Below, one piece after another: positions 1 through 8,158 of a stretch of DNA of 64,000 bases; the first letter of the stretch is position 1, and the number at the start of each line of letters is the position of its first letter. The position numbers were made by a program, and so were the translations under genes. Source of the DNA: a virus. Its lineage: Duplodnaviria > Caudoviricetes. A model generated the notes under the pieces. That model had not been told where the DNA came from, ran no database searches, and saw only the letters and a list, made by a program, of their open reading frames with translations. The stretch is taken from the IMG/VR virus record IMGVR_UViG_3300008114_000194, positions 1 through 64,000 of that record; one strand, given 5' to 3'.

Positions 1-959
1 GGCACTGTGGCCACTCCTGTTGTGACAGTGCCATCTGTGGCAATGGTTATGGTGGGTTCTGTGGTTGATACAGTACCTGTCACACTCACCGTGGTGGTGC
101 TGGTGGTAGTAGGAGCAGTGGCAGTGGAGGTCTGAGTCATTTGCTGTGTTACATAGGCCGTGGTGTATCCCGGGCAAGAAGGATCATACAAGGCCGAGAT
201 GGTGCATTGTTGTTGTAGATAAGCCGCGGTATAGCCTGGACATAGAGCACTGCTGAGAGGATTAGAAGTACACATGGCTATCTGATAGCCAGGACAAGTG
301 GGATCGCTCAGGGGATTGGTGGCACACTGATCCGCACCATACAGCAGACGAATATCAGTGTTACGCACTCGCGGTCCATATAGTCCCATCCAGAAAAGAC
401 TGTCCTGGCCAGTCCAGGCGATGTCAAGACTGCTGACCTGTCCAATGGTGTAACCACCGCTTTGAGAAAACAATTGGCGTCCCGAGTCGGTCAAGAATGT
501 TGATGCTGGAGTGATACCTTGCGGATAGTTGTAGGTAAATGATTCCAGGGCTTTGCCATTGTTGCCATTCAGCGACACAGTGCCGTACAGTGTGCCTCCC
601 GACTGCCCTGGAGCATTCTGTACCTGCCAGGAATAGTCATAGCCCAACCACTTGACGCCAGTGCCGGCCAAGGCCGAGTTGATGGCTATGCTCTGTGCCA
701 CTGTGCCTAGGGCGTAACTGAATCTGATGGTGTTGAAATCGGAGTTGTAGTAAGGACTACCAGGCACAAATGTGCCGCCACCTTCTACAGCGAGAATACC
801 CGCTGAGTTCAGGACTTGAGCACTGGGTATGCCCCAGGCCGTTCCAGCAGGGTTGACGAGATTACCAGTGGCTGTCTGACCATAAGCAGGATTCTGATGC
901 AGCCACAGAGCAAATGTAGCCACTGCCCAGTAGATCCAGAAACGAAGCCACATATTCAT
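1..959 (-). CDS. Exported protein with three CxxxxLxxxxCPGY repeats and Thr-rich linker (3' end outside window)
   Basis: Manual translation from ATG 959: MNMWLRFWIYWAVATFALWLHQNPAYGQ (signal-like). Open to the window edge, so absent from the ORF track. Repeats CATNPLSDPTCPGY, CTSNPLSSALCPGY, CTISALYDPSCPGY. Confidence 0.75.
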   Translation of the reverse strand, partial: MNMWLRFWIYWAVATFALWLHQNPAYGQTATGNLVNPAGTAWGIPSAQVLNSAGILAVEGGGTFVPGSPYYNSDFNTIRFSYALGTVAQSIAINSALAGTGVKWLGYDYSWQVQNAPGQSGGTLYGTVSLNGNNGKALESFTYNYPQGITPASTFLTDSGRQLFSQSGGYTIGQVSSLDIAWTGQDSLFWMGLYGPRVRNTDIRLLYGADQCATNPLSDPTCPGYQIAMCTSNPLSSALCPGYTAAYLQQQCTISALYDPSCPGYTTAYVTQQMTQTSTATAPTTTSTTTVSVTGTVSTTEPTITIATDGTVTTGVATV

Positions 960-1443
960 CTATCGGCATCCAAGTCGCTGCCGTACTAGAGGGTCATCAC
1001 CGGCATAGGATTCACAGGTCCATTTGTCTTTCGTGGTATCTGCCGCTGCTACAGGTTTCGTTTCCGGCTTCCGGGGACTGCGACGCTCTTCCCATATGGT
1101 CTTTGCTTCGGCTCCGATTTTGCCTTCTACAGGACAGGGTGTGCCCGCATTCATCATGGCTTCAAAAACTCGCTCGTCACCACACAAGGTGGCAACCTAT
1201 GCCCAAGATCTGCGTCTGTGCCGCTCCTGATACACCCACTGCACACAGGTCTGAATTCATTGAACTGATGGAAGGTGCCACGGCCGTGGGCGGCGGTGAT
1301 TTCACTGTGGTCTCACTGTTGGCATTTGTGGTGCTAGTGGATGTGCTGGTGCTTTGTGTTATGATTGGATCGGTCTGAGCTGCCACAATGGTCGTGATAG
1401 CAGATAAGAATATGCCGGCCCAGAATTTGTTTTTCGAAAACAT
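960..1443 (-). pseudogene. Exported Cys-containing phage protein split by an internal deletion/frameshift at about 1198
   Basis: AAGGA RBS before ATG 1443, then a signal peptide. ...GVSGAAQTQILGI continues in another frame as VATLCGDERVFEAMMNAGTPCP, joining ORFs 1177-1467 and 960-1187. CTAAATA lies upstream (1542-1548, minus). Confidence 0.6.
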
Positions 1444-1616
1444 CTGTTTTTCCTTAGGCACTAACATAAGAGGTAGATCTCAGATGTTAACCAGAGATCC
1501 GTGGATTTTGTTGTGTTTCGCCTCCTACTGTGTTGCAATATTATTTAGCGTCAATAAATTTTTAGGTGGGCTTATGGCATTGTAAATATCTATATCAATA
1601 CAAAAAGAGGGCTCGT

Positions 1617-2927
1617 ATGCGTAAAAAAATAGGTTGGATCGGTGTAGGTAAGTTAGGTATGGACTGTGCAGAAGTCATGGCTGAAAAACACGATGTCTGG
1701 GGATATGATGTAGTACAACGTCAATCCGACATGGTCAAGGTTGTTGGCATTGAAGATTTAGTCACCAATGCCGATTGGATTTTTATTGCTGTGCCTACTC
1801 CGCACGCAGCAGGATACGATGGTTCTGTGCCCAGCAGTCATATGGAGCCCCGAGACTTTGGCCATACAGCGGTATTTGACGCCATTGACAACATCAATCG
1901 TTATGCCACTACTCCTAAGAAAATCGTGCTGGTTTCTACAGTGCTTCCCGGCACTACCAGAAAACATTTTATTACCCGTTTGGATCGTCGACACCAGTTT
2001 GTTTACAATCCATATTTGATCGCCATGGGATCAGTCAAGTGGGACATGGCCAATCCTGAAATGGTCATCGTGGGCACAGCATCCGGAGAAAAAACCGGCA
2101 TCGCCGGTGAACTGATCGAGATTTACGATACTATCATGCAGAACAATCCCCGTTATGAAATTGGTACCTGGGATGAATGCGAAGCTATCAAGATTTTTTA
2201 CAACACATACATTTCAGCCAAGGTTGGTATCGTAAACATGATCCAAGACTTTGCCATCAGGATTGGCAACATTGATGTTGATGTTGTCACCAATGCTTTG
2301 GCCAAGTCCACCATGAGACTGCAGGGTCCCAAGTATATGACCGCAGGCATGGGCGATGCAGGCGCTTGCCATCCCAGGGATAACATTGCCTTGCGTTGGC
2401 TGGCCCAGGAATATGGTGTTGGCTACGACTTGTTTGACACCATCATGCACGCCAGAGAAATCCAAGCCAAGAACTTGGCCTTGTTCTTGGTCGAGCAAGC
2501 CAAGAACAACAACTTGCCTGTTGTGATCCACGGTAAAGCATACAAGCCCGATGTGGAGTATTGCATCGGATCATATTCAACACTGGTTGGACACTATGTG
2601 AAAGAAGCCGGCTTGACAGTGCGATATGTCGACCCATTGGCCGATGATCAAACCGAAGTGGTCAAAAACATCGAAGGTCCAGCAGTTTATCTTTGGGCGC
2701 ACAATCGCAAGATCACATACGAGTACACCGGTGATCAAACGGATACACAACCCTATTGCACCATTGCAGGTGGTAGCATCATCGTTGATCCTTGGCGCAA
2801 GTTGACTTCTACATCTGCGGTAAAGGTGATCCATTATGGCAACACACGCCTGGGATTGAAAGAAACACACGGAGTTGATATCAACGGCGTTGACATTGTT
2901 GGCAGCACCGGCAAAGAGTTTGCATAG
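1617..2927 (+). CDS. ugd: UDP-glucose/GDP-mannose 6-dehydrogenase family
   Basis: GxGxxG Rossmann motif (IGVGKLG), IAVPTP, STVLPGT, YNP, EAIKIFYNTY and GDAGACHPRD with the catalytic Cys. Start moved to ATG 1617. Confidence 0.92.
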   Translation: MRKKIGWIGVGKLGMDCAEVMAEKHDVWGYDVVQRQSDMVKVVGIEDLVTNADWIFIAVPTPHAAGYDGSVPSSHMEPRDFGHTAVFDAIDNINRYATTPKKIVLVSTVLPGTTRKHFITRLDRRHQFVYNPYLIAMGSVKWDMANPEMVIVGTASGEKTGIAGELIEIYDTIMQNNPRYEIGTWDECEAIKIFYNTYISAKVGIVNMIQDFAIRIGNIDVDVVTNALAKSTMRLQGPKYMTAGMGDAGACHPRDNIALRWLAQEYGVGYDLFDTIMHAREIQAKNLALFLVEQAKNNNLPVVIHGKAYKPDVEYCIGSYSTLVGHYVKEAGLTVRYVDPLADDQTEVVKNIEGPAVYLWAHNRKITYEYTGDQTDTQPYCTIAGGSIIVDPWRKLTSTSAVKVIHYGNTRLGLKETHGVDINGVDIVGSTGKEFA

Positions 2928-2958
2928 TTTGATTTAAGTTAGTAACAGGAACCACACT

Positions 2959-2981
2959 AAAAAGGGCCAAGCGCCCTTTTT
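2959..2981 (+). terminator. Intrinsic terminator
   Basis: AAAAAGGGC-CAAGC-GCCCTTTTT hairpin after ugd. Confidence 0.7.
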
Positions 2982-3002
2982 GTGTTACTAAATATCCAAG
3001 AT

Positions 3003-3521
3003 ATGCGCACTGCCTGGGTCATCAGCGAAGCCTTACAATTGCTACCTACCAAAGTTTATGGTAGACTGCAAGACATCGCTCCTACCTGGGGATCTTGGAG
3101 CACCTGGCGGGAATTCACCACAGACAACTGCACCTGCAGTGAAATACGCAAGGCCAAAGAACTCTTGGCCCGTGCTTTCCAGGGCGTGACCAATTTCTAT
3201 TTGCCCAAGGCATACCATCAAGAACTAGGTGAACCCAAGGGCGTGAAATTGATCGAAGGCCTGCCAAGAACCGATGTTGAATATCAAGATGATGTGATTG
3301 CTGTAAGCATAGCCAGCCAGCAGTATGATTTGATATTGCTGTTAGGTTTTGATCTTGATCAGCCCGAAGCCTACAGTGACCAAATTTACACCATAGTTTC
3401 TGGCAATACCAATTGCCAATTTGTACAGATTGATGCAGTAAAAACCGCCCCAGACCGTTACCAAACATTGACCAATTTCACTTGTGACACATATGAAAAT
3501 GTGCTACAATTATTATCATGA
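3003..3521 (+). CDS. Hypothetical phage protein
   Basis: 172-aa ORF from ATG 3003, preceded by CTAAATA at 2988. Confidence 0.7.
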   Translation: MRTAWVISEALQLLPTKVYGRLQDIAPTWGSWSTWREFTTDNCTCSEIRKAKELLARAFQGVTNFYLPKAYHQELGEPKGVKLIEGLPRTDVEYQDDVIAVSIASQQYDLILLLGFDLDQPEAYSDQIYTIVSGNTNCQFVQIDAVKTAPDRYQTLTNFTCDTYENVLQLLS

Positions 3522-3876
3522 ACGTTTACACACAGCCTGGAATTTGGTAAAGAAAGTCAGCACTTGTGATGCACATCTTTGAATGGTACGACTTTCTAGC
3601 AATATACTTCTTGTCTATACTGAGCCTGACAGGATTGATTTTTGGCAGCAGGCTAATATTCAACAGCGGTGTCAAAATGCTTTCAGAACTGTCAATGAAA
3701 TGGCTAGGGATCTTGATGTGCGCTTGTGTTTTCATTCTGGTCAGTTTTGCAAGTTGGTTGGTGACAATGATGATCTTGTTCAGCGCAGGGTCATCCAATC
3801 TAAATATCATGCCGACCTGGCCCGATGGGGTGGATATGGAAGACACTTCCAGAACTCTTAAATCCACCCACACATC
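3518..3876 (+). pseudogene. Decayed fragment of a second UV-damage endonuclease (uvsE-like)
   Basis: IMN..HTAWNLVKKVSTCDAHL*MVRLSSNILLVYTEP...DVRLCFHSGQFC...YHADLARWGGYG..FQNS*IH aligns by eye to the middle of the intact UvsE downstream, with two in-frame stops and a frameshift. Confidence 0.8.
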
Positions 3877-3937
3877 GCACTTGCAACAAAACAGTTAGTG
3901 TGTTACAATAACTCATATTGATACTACAAGGCTCCCC

Positions 3938-4957
3938 ATGAAAGGTCGCATTGGCTTTTGTTGCAAATGGTTGAATGATCCCACAGAGTGTGGCGGCATG
4001 AAAGTAAATGCCAAAGATCGCGACATCAACGGTCGCTCAACCACCATGCGTTGGTTGCGTGAGCACGCCAACGAAGCCGATCAACGCCAATGGGACATCA
4101 TGAACCACAATGCCGCGGCTGCTTTAAAAATGGTAGAGCGTGTGGGATCCATGCCCGAGCACTTGCGCATGGTACGGCTGGGATCAGAGATGTTGCAGGG
4201 CTATACTGAGCCTTCATGGATCGACTGGTGGCAACGACGAGAAATACAGGATCACTGTGAGCGTATTTTTGCTCCTGTTGGTGAAGCAGCCCGACGCCTT
4301 GGTGTGCGGCTGAGTTTCCACCCCGGGCAGTTTTGTGTGCTGGCCAGCGAAAATGACGGCATCGTGGAACGCAGTATCTTGGAGTTTGAGTACCACGCAG
4401 ACATGGCACGCTGGATGGGCTATGGTGCCGCCTGGCATGATCATGGGTTCAAGATCAATGTACATCTATCTGGCAAGGGCGGACCTGAAAAGTTTTTACG
4501 CACCCTGGATCAACTCAGTCCTGAGGCGCGCAATTTGATTGCTATAGAAAATGACGAAATGTCAAATGGTCTGGACGTGACTTTGGCTGTGGGAAATCGT
4601 GTGGCACTGGTGTTGGACATTCATCACCATTGGATCAACAGCGGCGAATACATTGACCCCACAGATGATCGTGCAAAGCGGGTGATTGAGTCTTGGCGTG
4701 GTGTTAGACCCACTTGCCATTACTCAGTGAGCAGAGAAGATCTACTGGTGGATCATGCAGCAGATGTCAGGCCCGATTTAGCACAACTCTTGGCGCAGGG
4801 CTATAAGAAACAAAAGCTTCGGGCACATTCGGATTTCTACTGGAATTCAGCAGTGAATGACTGGGCTGCTGGTTTCCTTGAGAACTTTGACGTTCAATGT
4901 GAGGCCAAGGGCAAAAATCTCGCCAGAGATGGTTTTGCCCAACAGGCCCTTATCTGA
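3938..4957 (+). CDS. uvsE: UV DNA damage endonuclease
   Basis: RLSFHPGQF, EFEYHADMARWMG, INVHLSG, IENDE, VLDIHHHW, HYSVSRE and RAHSD motifs. Confidence 0.93.
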   Translation: MKGRIGFCCKWLNDPTECGGMKVNAKDRDINGRSTTMRWLREHANEADQRQWDIMNHNAAAALKMVERVGSMPEHLRMVRLGSEMLQGYTEPSWIDWWQRREIQDHCERIFAPVGEAARRLGVRLSFHPGQFCVLASENDGIVERSILEFEYHADMARWMGYGAAWHDHGFKINVHLSGKGGPEKFLRTLDQLSPEARNLIAIENDEMSNGLDVTLAVGNRVALVLDIHHHWINSGEYIDPTDDRAKRVIESWRGVRPTCHYSVSREDLLVDHAADVRPDLAQLLAQGYKKQKLRAHSDFYWNSAVNDWAAGFLENFDVQCEAKGKNLARDGFAQQALI

Positions 4958-4972
4958 TATTGCGATGCTATA

Positions 4973-5212
4973 CTAGGCTTTGGGCGCTTTGCGAGCTCTT
5001 GAAGCCTTGGCCTTGACAGCGGCCTTTTTCACTGCCACTCGGGCACTGCCTACATCTGCTTTGACACCAGCTGCGGCTGTTTTCACAGCAACCTTGACAT
5101 CTTTGGCATCGACTTTGCCATCTTGATTTACATCAAGACTTTTATTGGCACGATTGTAATAGATAATGCCCGCGATGACTACCACTGCTACAATGATTAC
5201 GATTGATTCCAT
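4973..5212 (-). CDS. Small membrane-anchored protein with EF-hand-like loop and Ala/Lys-rich tail
   Basis: AAGGAGA RBS before ATG 5212, N-terminal TM helix, DVNQDGKVDAKD loop. Confidence 0.7.
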   Translation of the reverse strand: MESIVIIVAVVVIAGIIYYNRANKSLDVNQDGKVDAKDVKVAVKTAAAGVKADVGSARVAVKKAAVKAKASRARKAPKA

Positions 5213-5288
5213 GTTGCCCATCTCCTTAGATGCAGTTATTTAATCTCTAAAACAATTTTGCCAAAACTTCATTATCTGGCGAGATAAC

Positions 5289-5320
5289 ATATTGCAACGC
5301 AACATAAATTCATATACAAT
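5289..5320 (+). promoter_or_regulatory. sigma70 promoter overlapped by a PhaR-like operator palindrome
   Basis: TTGCAA(5292)-17-TACAAT(5315). ATATTGCAACGCAACAT is an imperfect palindrome containing TGC-N3-GCA. Confidence 0.5.
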
Positions 5321-5330
5321 AGATGTTGTA

Positions 5331-5356
5331 GTGAGTGCCGGATGGTCCGGGTTCAC
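5331..5356 (+). promoter_or_regulatory. 5'-UTR two-stem hairpin
   Basis: GUGAG/UUCAC outer stem and CCGGA-UGG-UCCGG inner stem, about 30 nt before the start of 5388. Confidence 0.4.
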
Positions 5357-5387
5357 ATTCCATAATCGCTTATGAAAGGAAATTAAA

Positions 5388-5609
5388 ATGGAACAATTTA
5401 CCAAAATGTTTGATATCAACGAAATCCTCAAGTCCGCAGAGAAAAACGCAGAAGTGTTTTTGGCTGCTGTACCTTCGGGCGCTGTAAAAACTTCAGTGCA
5501 GAAATTGCTGGACGCACAGTTTGGCTTGGCCAAAGCCACAGTTGACGCAACCTTGGTTGTGGCTGCTGAAACACGCAAGGCCATTGAGTCGGCTGTTGCT
5601 GTCAAGTAA
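5388..5609 (+). CDS. Phasin-like amphipathic helical protein
   Basis: AAGGAAA RBS. Ala/Val/Lys-rich all-helical 73 aa (LLDAQFGLAKATVDAT) with no Trp or Cys. PhaR-like operator upstream. Confidence 0.5.
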   Translation: MEQFTKMFDINEILKSAEKNAEVFLAAVPSGAVKTSVQKLLDAQFGLAKATVDATLVVAAETRKAIESAVAVK

Positions 5610-5612
5610 TTG

Positions 5613-5783
5613 ATGTTTTGGTTTGGATTTCTGCCTAGCAAGATTCGGTTGACGGATCAGCAGGCAGAAATCATTGGCACACTGTACGATCCATTGATAC
5701 TGTGGTATTTGAAACTGAGATATGGTTCGGGATATCAATGGTATTGGCAGCAGTGGTGTACACAAAAGGAATTGTTATTATGA
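5613..5783 (+). CDS. Small hypothetical protein (56 aa)
   Basis: Manual translation MFWFGFLPSKIRL...; ATGA overlap with the next gene. Confidence 0.4.
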   Translation: MFWFGFLPSKIRLTDQQAEIIGTLYDPLILWYLKLRYGSGYQWYWQQWCTQKELLL

Positions 5784-5923
5784 AAAAGATCTTATCAAAC
5801 ATTGGCAAATTTTTATATGCTGTGGCCTGTTCTTGGGGGCGGTCTCGCGCGGCGGCTTATCACAGTCGCCAGGGCAACTATGCTTTGGCCAGGAAAATAA
5901 TGTCATTGGATTGCCGTTGCTAA
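5780..5923 (+). CDS. Small hypothetical protein
   Basis: MKKILSNIGKFLYAV...; followed by a terminator. Confidence 0.55.
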   Translation: MKKILSNIGKFLYAVACSWGRSRAAAYHSRQGNYALARKIMSLDCRC

Positions 5924-5941
5924 GTTAGCAGCCACTTACCT

Positions 5942-5972
5942 AATAACCCTGCCCTGCGCAGGGTTATTTTTT
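5942..5972 (+). terminator. Intrinsic terminator
   Basis: AATAACCCTG-CCCTGCG-CAGGGTTATT followed by a T run. Confidence 0.75.
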
Positions 5973-5988
5973 GGCTGTTTTTCCACGG

Positions 5989-6017
5989 TTGACCAGAAAT
6001 TCGGCCTGTGCTAAAAT
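5989..6017 (+). promoter_or_regulatory. Phage early (sigma70-type) promoter, repeated cassette
   Basis: TTGACC-17-TAAAAT. Confidence 0.8.
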
Positions 6018-6047
6018 ATGGGTATTGTAAATGATAAGGAGATGTTG

Positions 6048-6203
6048 ATGACTGTAGATACTATTGTAACCATATTTGTCATGGCCTGCGGTGGCTTTGC
6101 TATTTTCAATCTAGGACAGGCCTATGCTTTGATCCGTGAAACCCGCTTGGAAAACGAGCGCCACATTGAAACCCTGCGTGAAATCCAAAAACGCCGCGGT
6201 TGA
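6048..6203 (+). CDS. Small membrane protein
   Basis: AAGGAG RBS, one TM helix. Confidence 0.6.
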   Translation: MTVDTIVTIFVMACGGFAIFNLGQAYALIRETRLENERHIETLREIQKRRG

Positions 6204-6228
6204 CCAGAAATTCCCATTTTGCTATAAT
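6200..6228 (+). promoter_or_regulatory. Phage early promoter, repeated cassette
   Basis: TTGACC-17-TATAAT. Confidence 0.85.
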
Positions 6229-6260
6229 ATAGACATACAGTAAAAAAAAGGAGCAACAAA

Positions 6261-6563
6261 ATGGCATACTACCTAGTTCATCAAAACACCGGCAATATCA
6301 TCACCGATCGCGGTGACCGCTGGCAGGCCTACAAGACACAGGCCGCGGCCAAGGCCTGTCGCACCAGAGTGTTGGCCAAGCGGAATTTCCGTGAAGAGGA
6401 TCTGGTGATCGTGCGTCAGGACAATCTCCAGAAGTTCCGCCACGCTCACAACCTACCAACCCGGGTAGAGCGCACCAATATCATGACGGGCCAGAAGTTC
6501 ATGGAAGATGTAGACACTCCTTACTTCTGCTCGCCTTCCAGCGAAACCTATTGGTCAATGTAA
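6261..6563 (+). CDS. Hypothetical phage protein
   Basis: AAGGAG RBS; C-terminal TPYFCSPSSETYWSM motif typical of small phage early proteins. Confidence 0.75.
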   Translation: MAYYLVHQNTGNIITDRGDRWQAYKTQAAAKACRTRVLAKRNFREEDLVIVRQDNLQKFRHAHNLPTRVERTNIMTGQKFMEDVDTPYFCSPSSETYWSM

Positions 6564-6579
6564 TCCAGGAGATACTGCA

Positions 6580-6759
6580 ATGAGCAAGAAACATTTCAAA
6601 CTTTTGGCAGACTATATTCAAATGATCCTGGATCCACACGCTCGCCTGCAAGCCGCTGTGGCAGTGGCCTCGGCCTGTAAATTGGCCAATGCTAGATTTG
6701 ATGAGCAACGGTTCTTTGCCGCCTGTGGTATTGGTGCGCCGGCACCCTCAGGAGCATAA
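6580..6759 (+). CDS. Small hypothetical phage protein (59 aa)
   Basis: AGGAG RBS; MSKKHFKLLADYI...RFDEQRFFAACG. Confidence 0.7.
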   Translation: MSKKHFKLLADYIQMILDPHARLQAAVAVASACKLANARFDEQRFFAACGIGAPAPSGA

Positions 6760-6761
6760 TC

Positions 6762-7316
6762 ATGCCCAACTGGTGCGCCAATACTCTGCGACTCAGACAC
6801 GAGGATCCGGCCATGATGAGCCTGGTACAACAAGCAGTTGACCGCAATGAATTGTTCCAGACTTTTGTGCCAATGCCAGCATCCTTGAACATCACCGCAG
6901 GGCAACTGGGCGATGTGGTAGAGCAGGAAAAATTGGAAATGCTACAGGATGCCAATCGTGACTCACACGGCTACAAGGATTGGTATGACTTTTGCGTCAG
7001 TGAATGGGGCACCAAGTGGGACGCCAACAACATCACAGTCAACAGCGATGAAGATCAGTTGATGGAATTGATATTTGACACTGCTTGGTCGCCACCTTTG
7101 GCATTCTACAACCGTATGGTCGAGCAAGGATTTGAAGTTTCTGCATATTATTATGAGCCCGGCTGTTCCTTTGTGGGGCACTGGGACAACGGCGCAGACG
7201 ACTGCTATGAAATCCCGGGCGATGCTGATGGGGTACGTGAAAGCATACCCGACTATCTTGATGACTATTTTGGCATCAGCGAATCAATGGAGGAATGGGC
7301 CGATGAGAACAACTGA
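6762..7316 (+). CDS. YubB/DUF1281-like ferredoxin-fold protein
   Basis: MPNWCxN start, WYDFCVSEWGTKWD, FDTAWSPP, YYEPG. Confidence 0.75.
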   Translation: MPNWCANTLRLRHEDPAMMSLVQQAVDRNELFQTFVPMPASLNITAGQLGDVVEQEKLEMLQDANRDSHGYKDWYDFCVSEWGTKWDANNITVNSDEDQLMELIFDTAWSPPLAFYNRMVEQGFEVSAYYYEPGCSFVGHWDNGADDCYEIPGDADGVRESIPDYLDDYFGISESMEEWADENN

Positions 7317-7410
7317 ATTTTGGAATCTAGCGGAAACCATGGGCATATATTTTGGGTCTGCTGGCCTAGGTGCTGTGATAGGCACCGTTTTTTGGATCAC
7401 TCAAAGTTGA
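7303..7410 (+). CDS. Small membrane peptide
   Basis: 35-aa hydrophobic ORF overlapping the previous stop. Confidence 0.35.
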   Translation: MRTTEFWNLAETMGIYFGSAGLGAVIGTVFWITQS

Positions 7411-7435
7411 CCAAAAAAGATGTTTGCTGTATTAT
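7407..7435 (+). promoter_or_regulatory. Early promoter cassette variant
   Basis: TTGACC-17-TATTAT. Confidence 0.6.
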
Positions 7436-7466
7436 TATTAGACATTAACTGCCATAGGAGGCAAGT

Positions 7467-8135
7467 ATGAAAAAGACTGTAATCGCATTATCGTTATTGG
7501 CCGCCATCGGCGTCACTGGTTGTAGTACCACCAAAGATGCTGGTGTCCGGGCTCCTGTAGAATCTACCACCGCTATCAAGGACACTCGTATCACCACAGA
7601 GTTTGCCGACGAAGGTGTGAAACTGCACTACACTTTCACAGGTAAACTGGAAAAGATCGAAGTGTTTGGTGTAGCGCCGGCTTGGAAAGGCAACTACACT
7701 ATCTTGGCCGAAGCGGATGCCATGGACAAGTTGGTGAAATTTGTACACGGCAAAGATGTGTCTAGCCAGCGTCGGGTCAAGGTCATCAGCCGTTCTATCG
7801 AGCGTGCCGCTGACAGCACATTGAACAAGTTCCAGAGCAATGACAGCACAGTGGCATTCAAAGCCAGTGATCTTGAGTCTGAAGCGCCAGCCAACAACGA
7901 CGGTGAGTTCAATACCAAGACCAATACTGCCAAACGTAATGCTTCTGTGGTAGATCAGACACTGATCAATACAGTGACCAATATCACTGCACGTGGTAGG
8001 CTCACTGGTGTTCGCAAGGCTCGTGATATGAAAGTAGATGACGGCAAGACTTATGTTGCAGTCTACGAGTGGAGCGAAAATCAGCAGGCCACAGCAGATT
8101 TCATCCGTGACCGGATGATGAACCGCGCCAAGTAA
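7467..8135 (+). CDS. Lipoprotein (LPP20-like, tentative)
   Basis: AGGAGG RBS; lipobox VTGC after a signal peptide. Confidence 0.75.
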   Translation: MKKTVIALSLLAAIGVTGCSTTKDAGVRAPVESTTAIKDTRITTEFADEGVKLHYTFTGKLEKIEVFGVAPAWKGNYTILAEADAMDKLVKFVHGKDVSSQRRVKVISRSIERAADSTLNKFQSNDSTVAFKASDLESEAPANNDGEFNTKTNTAKRNASVVDQTLINTVTNITARGRLTGVRKARDMKVDDGKTYVAVYEWSENQQATADFIRDRMMNRAK

Positions 8136-8158
8136 TCCGTCTAGTCCGGGAGATTATC

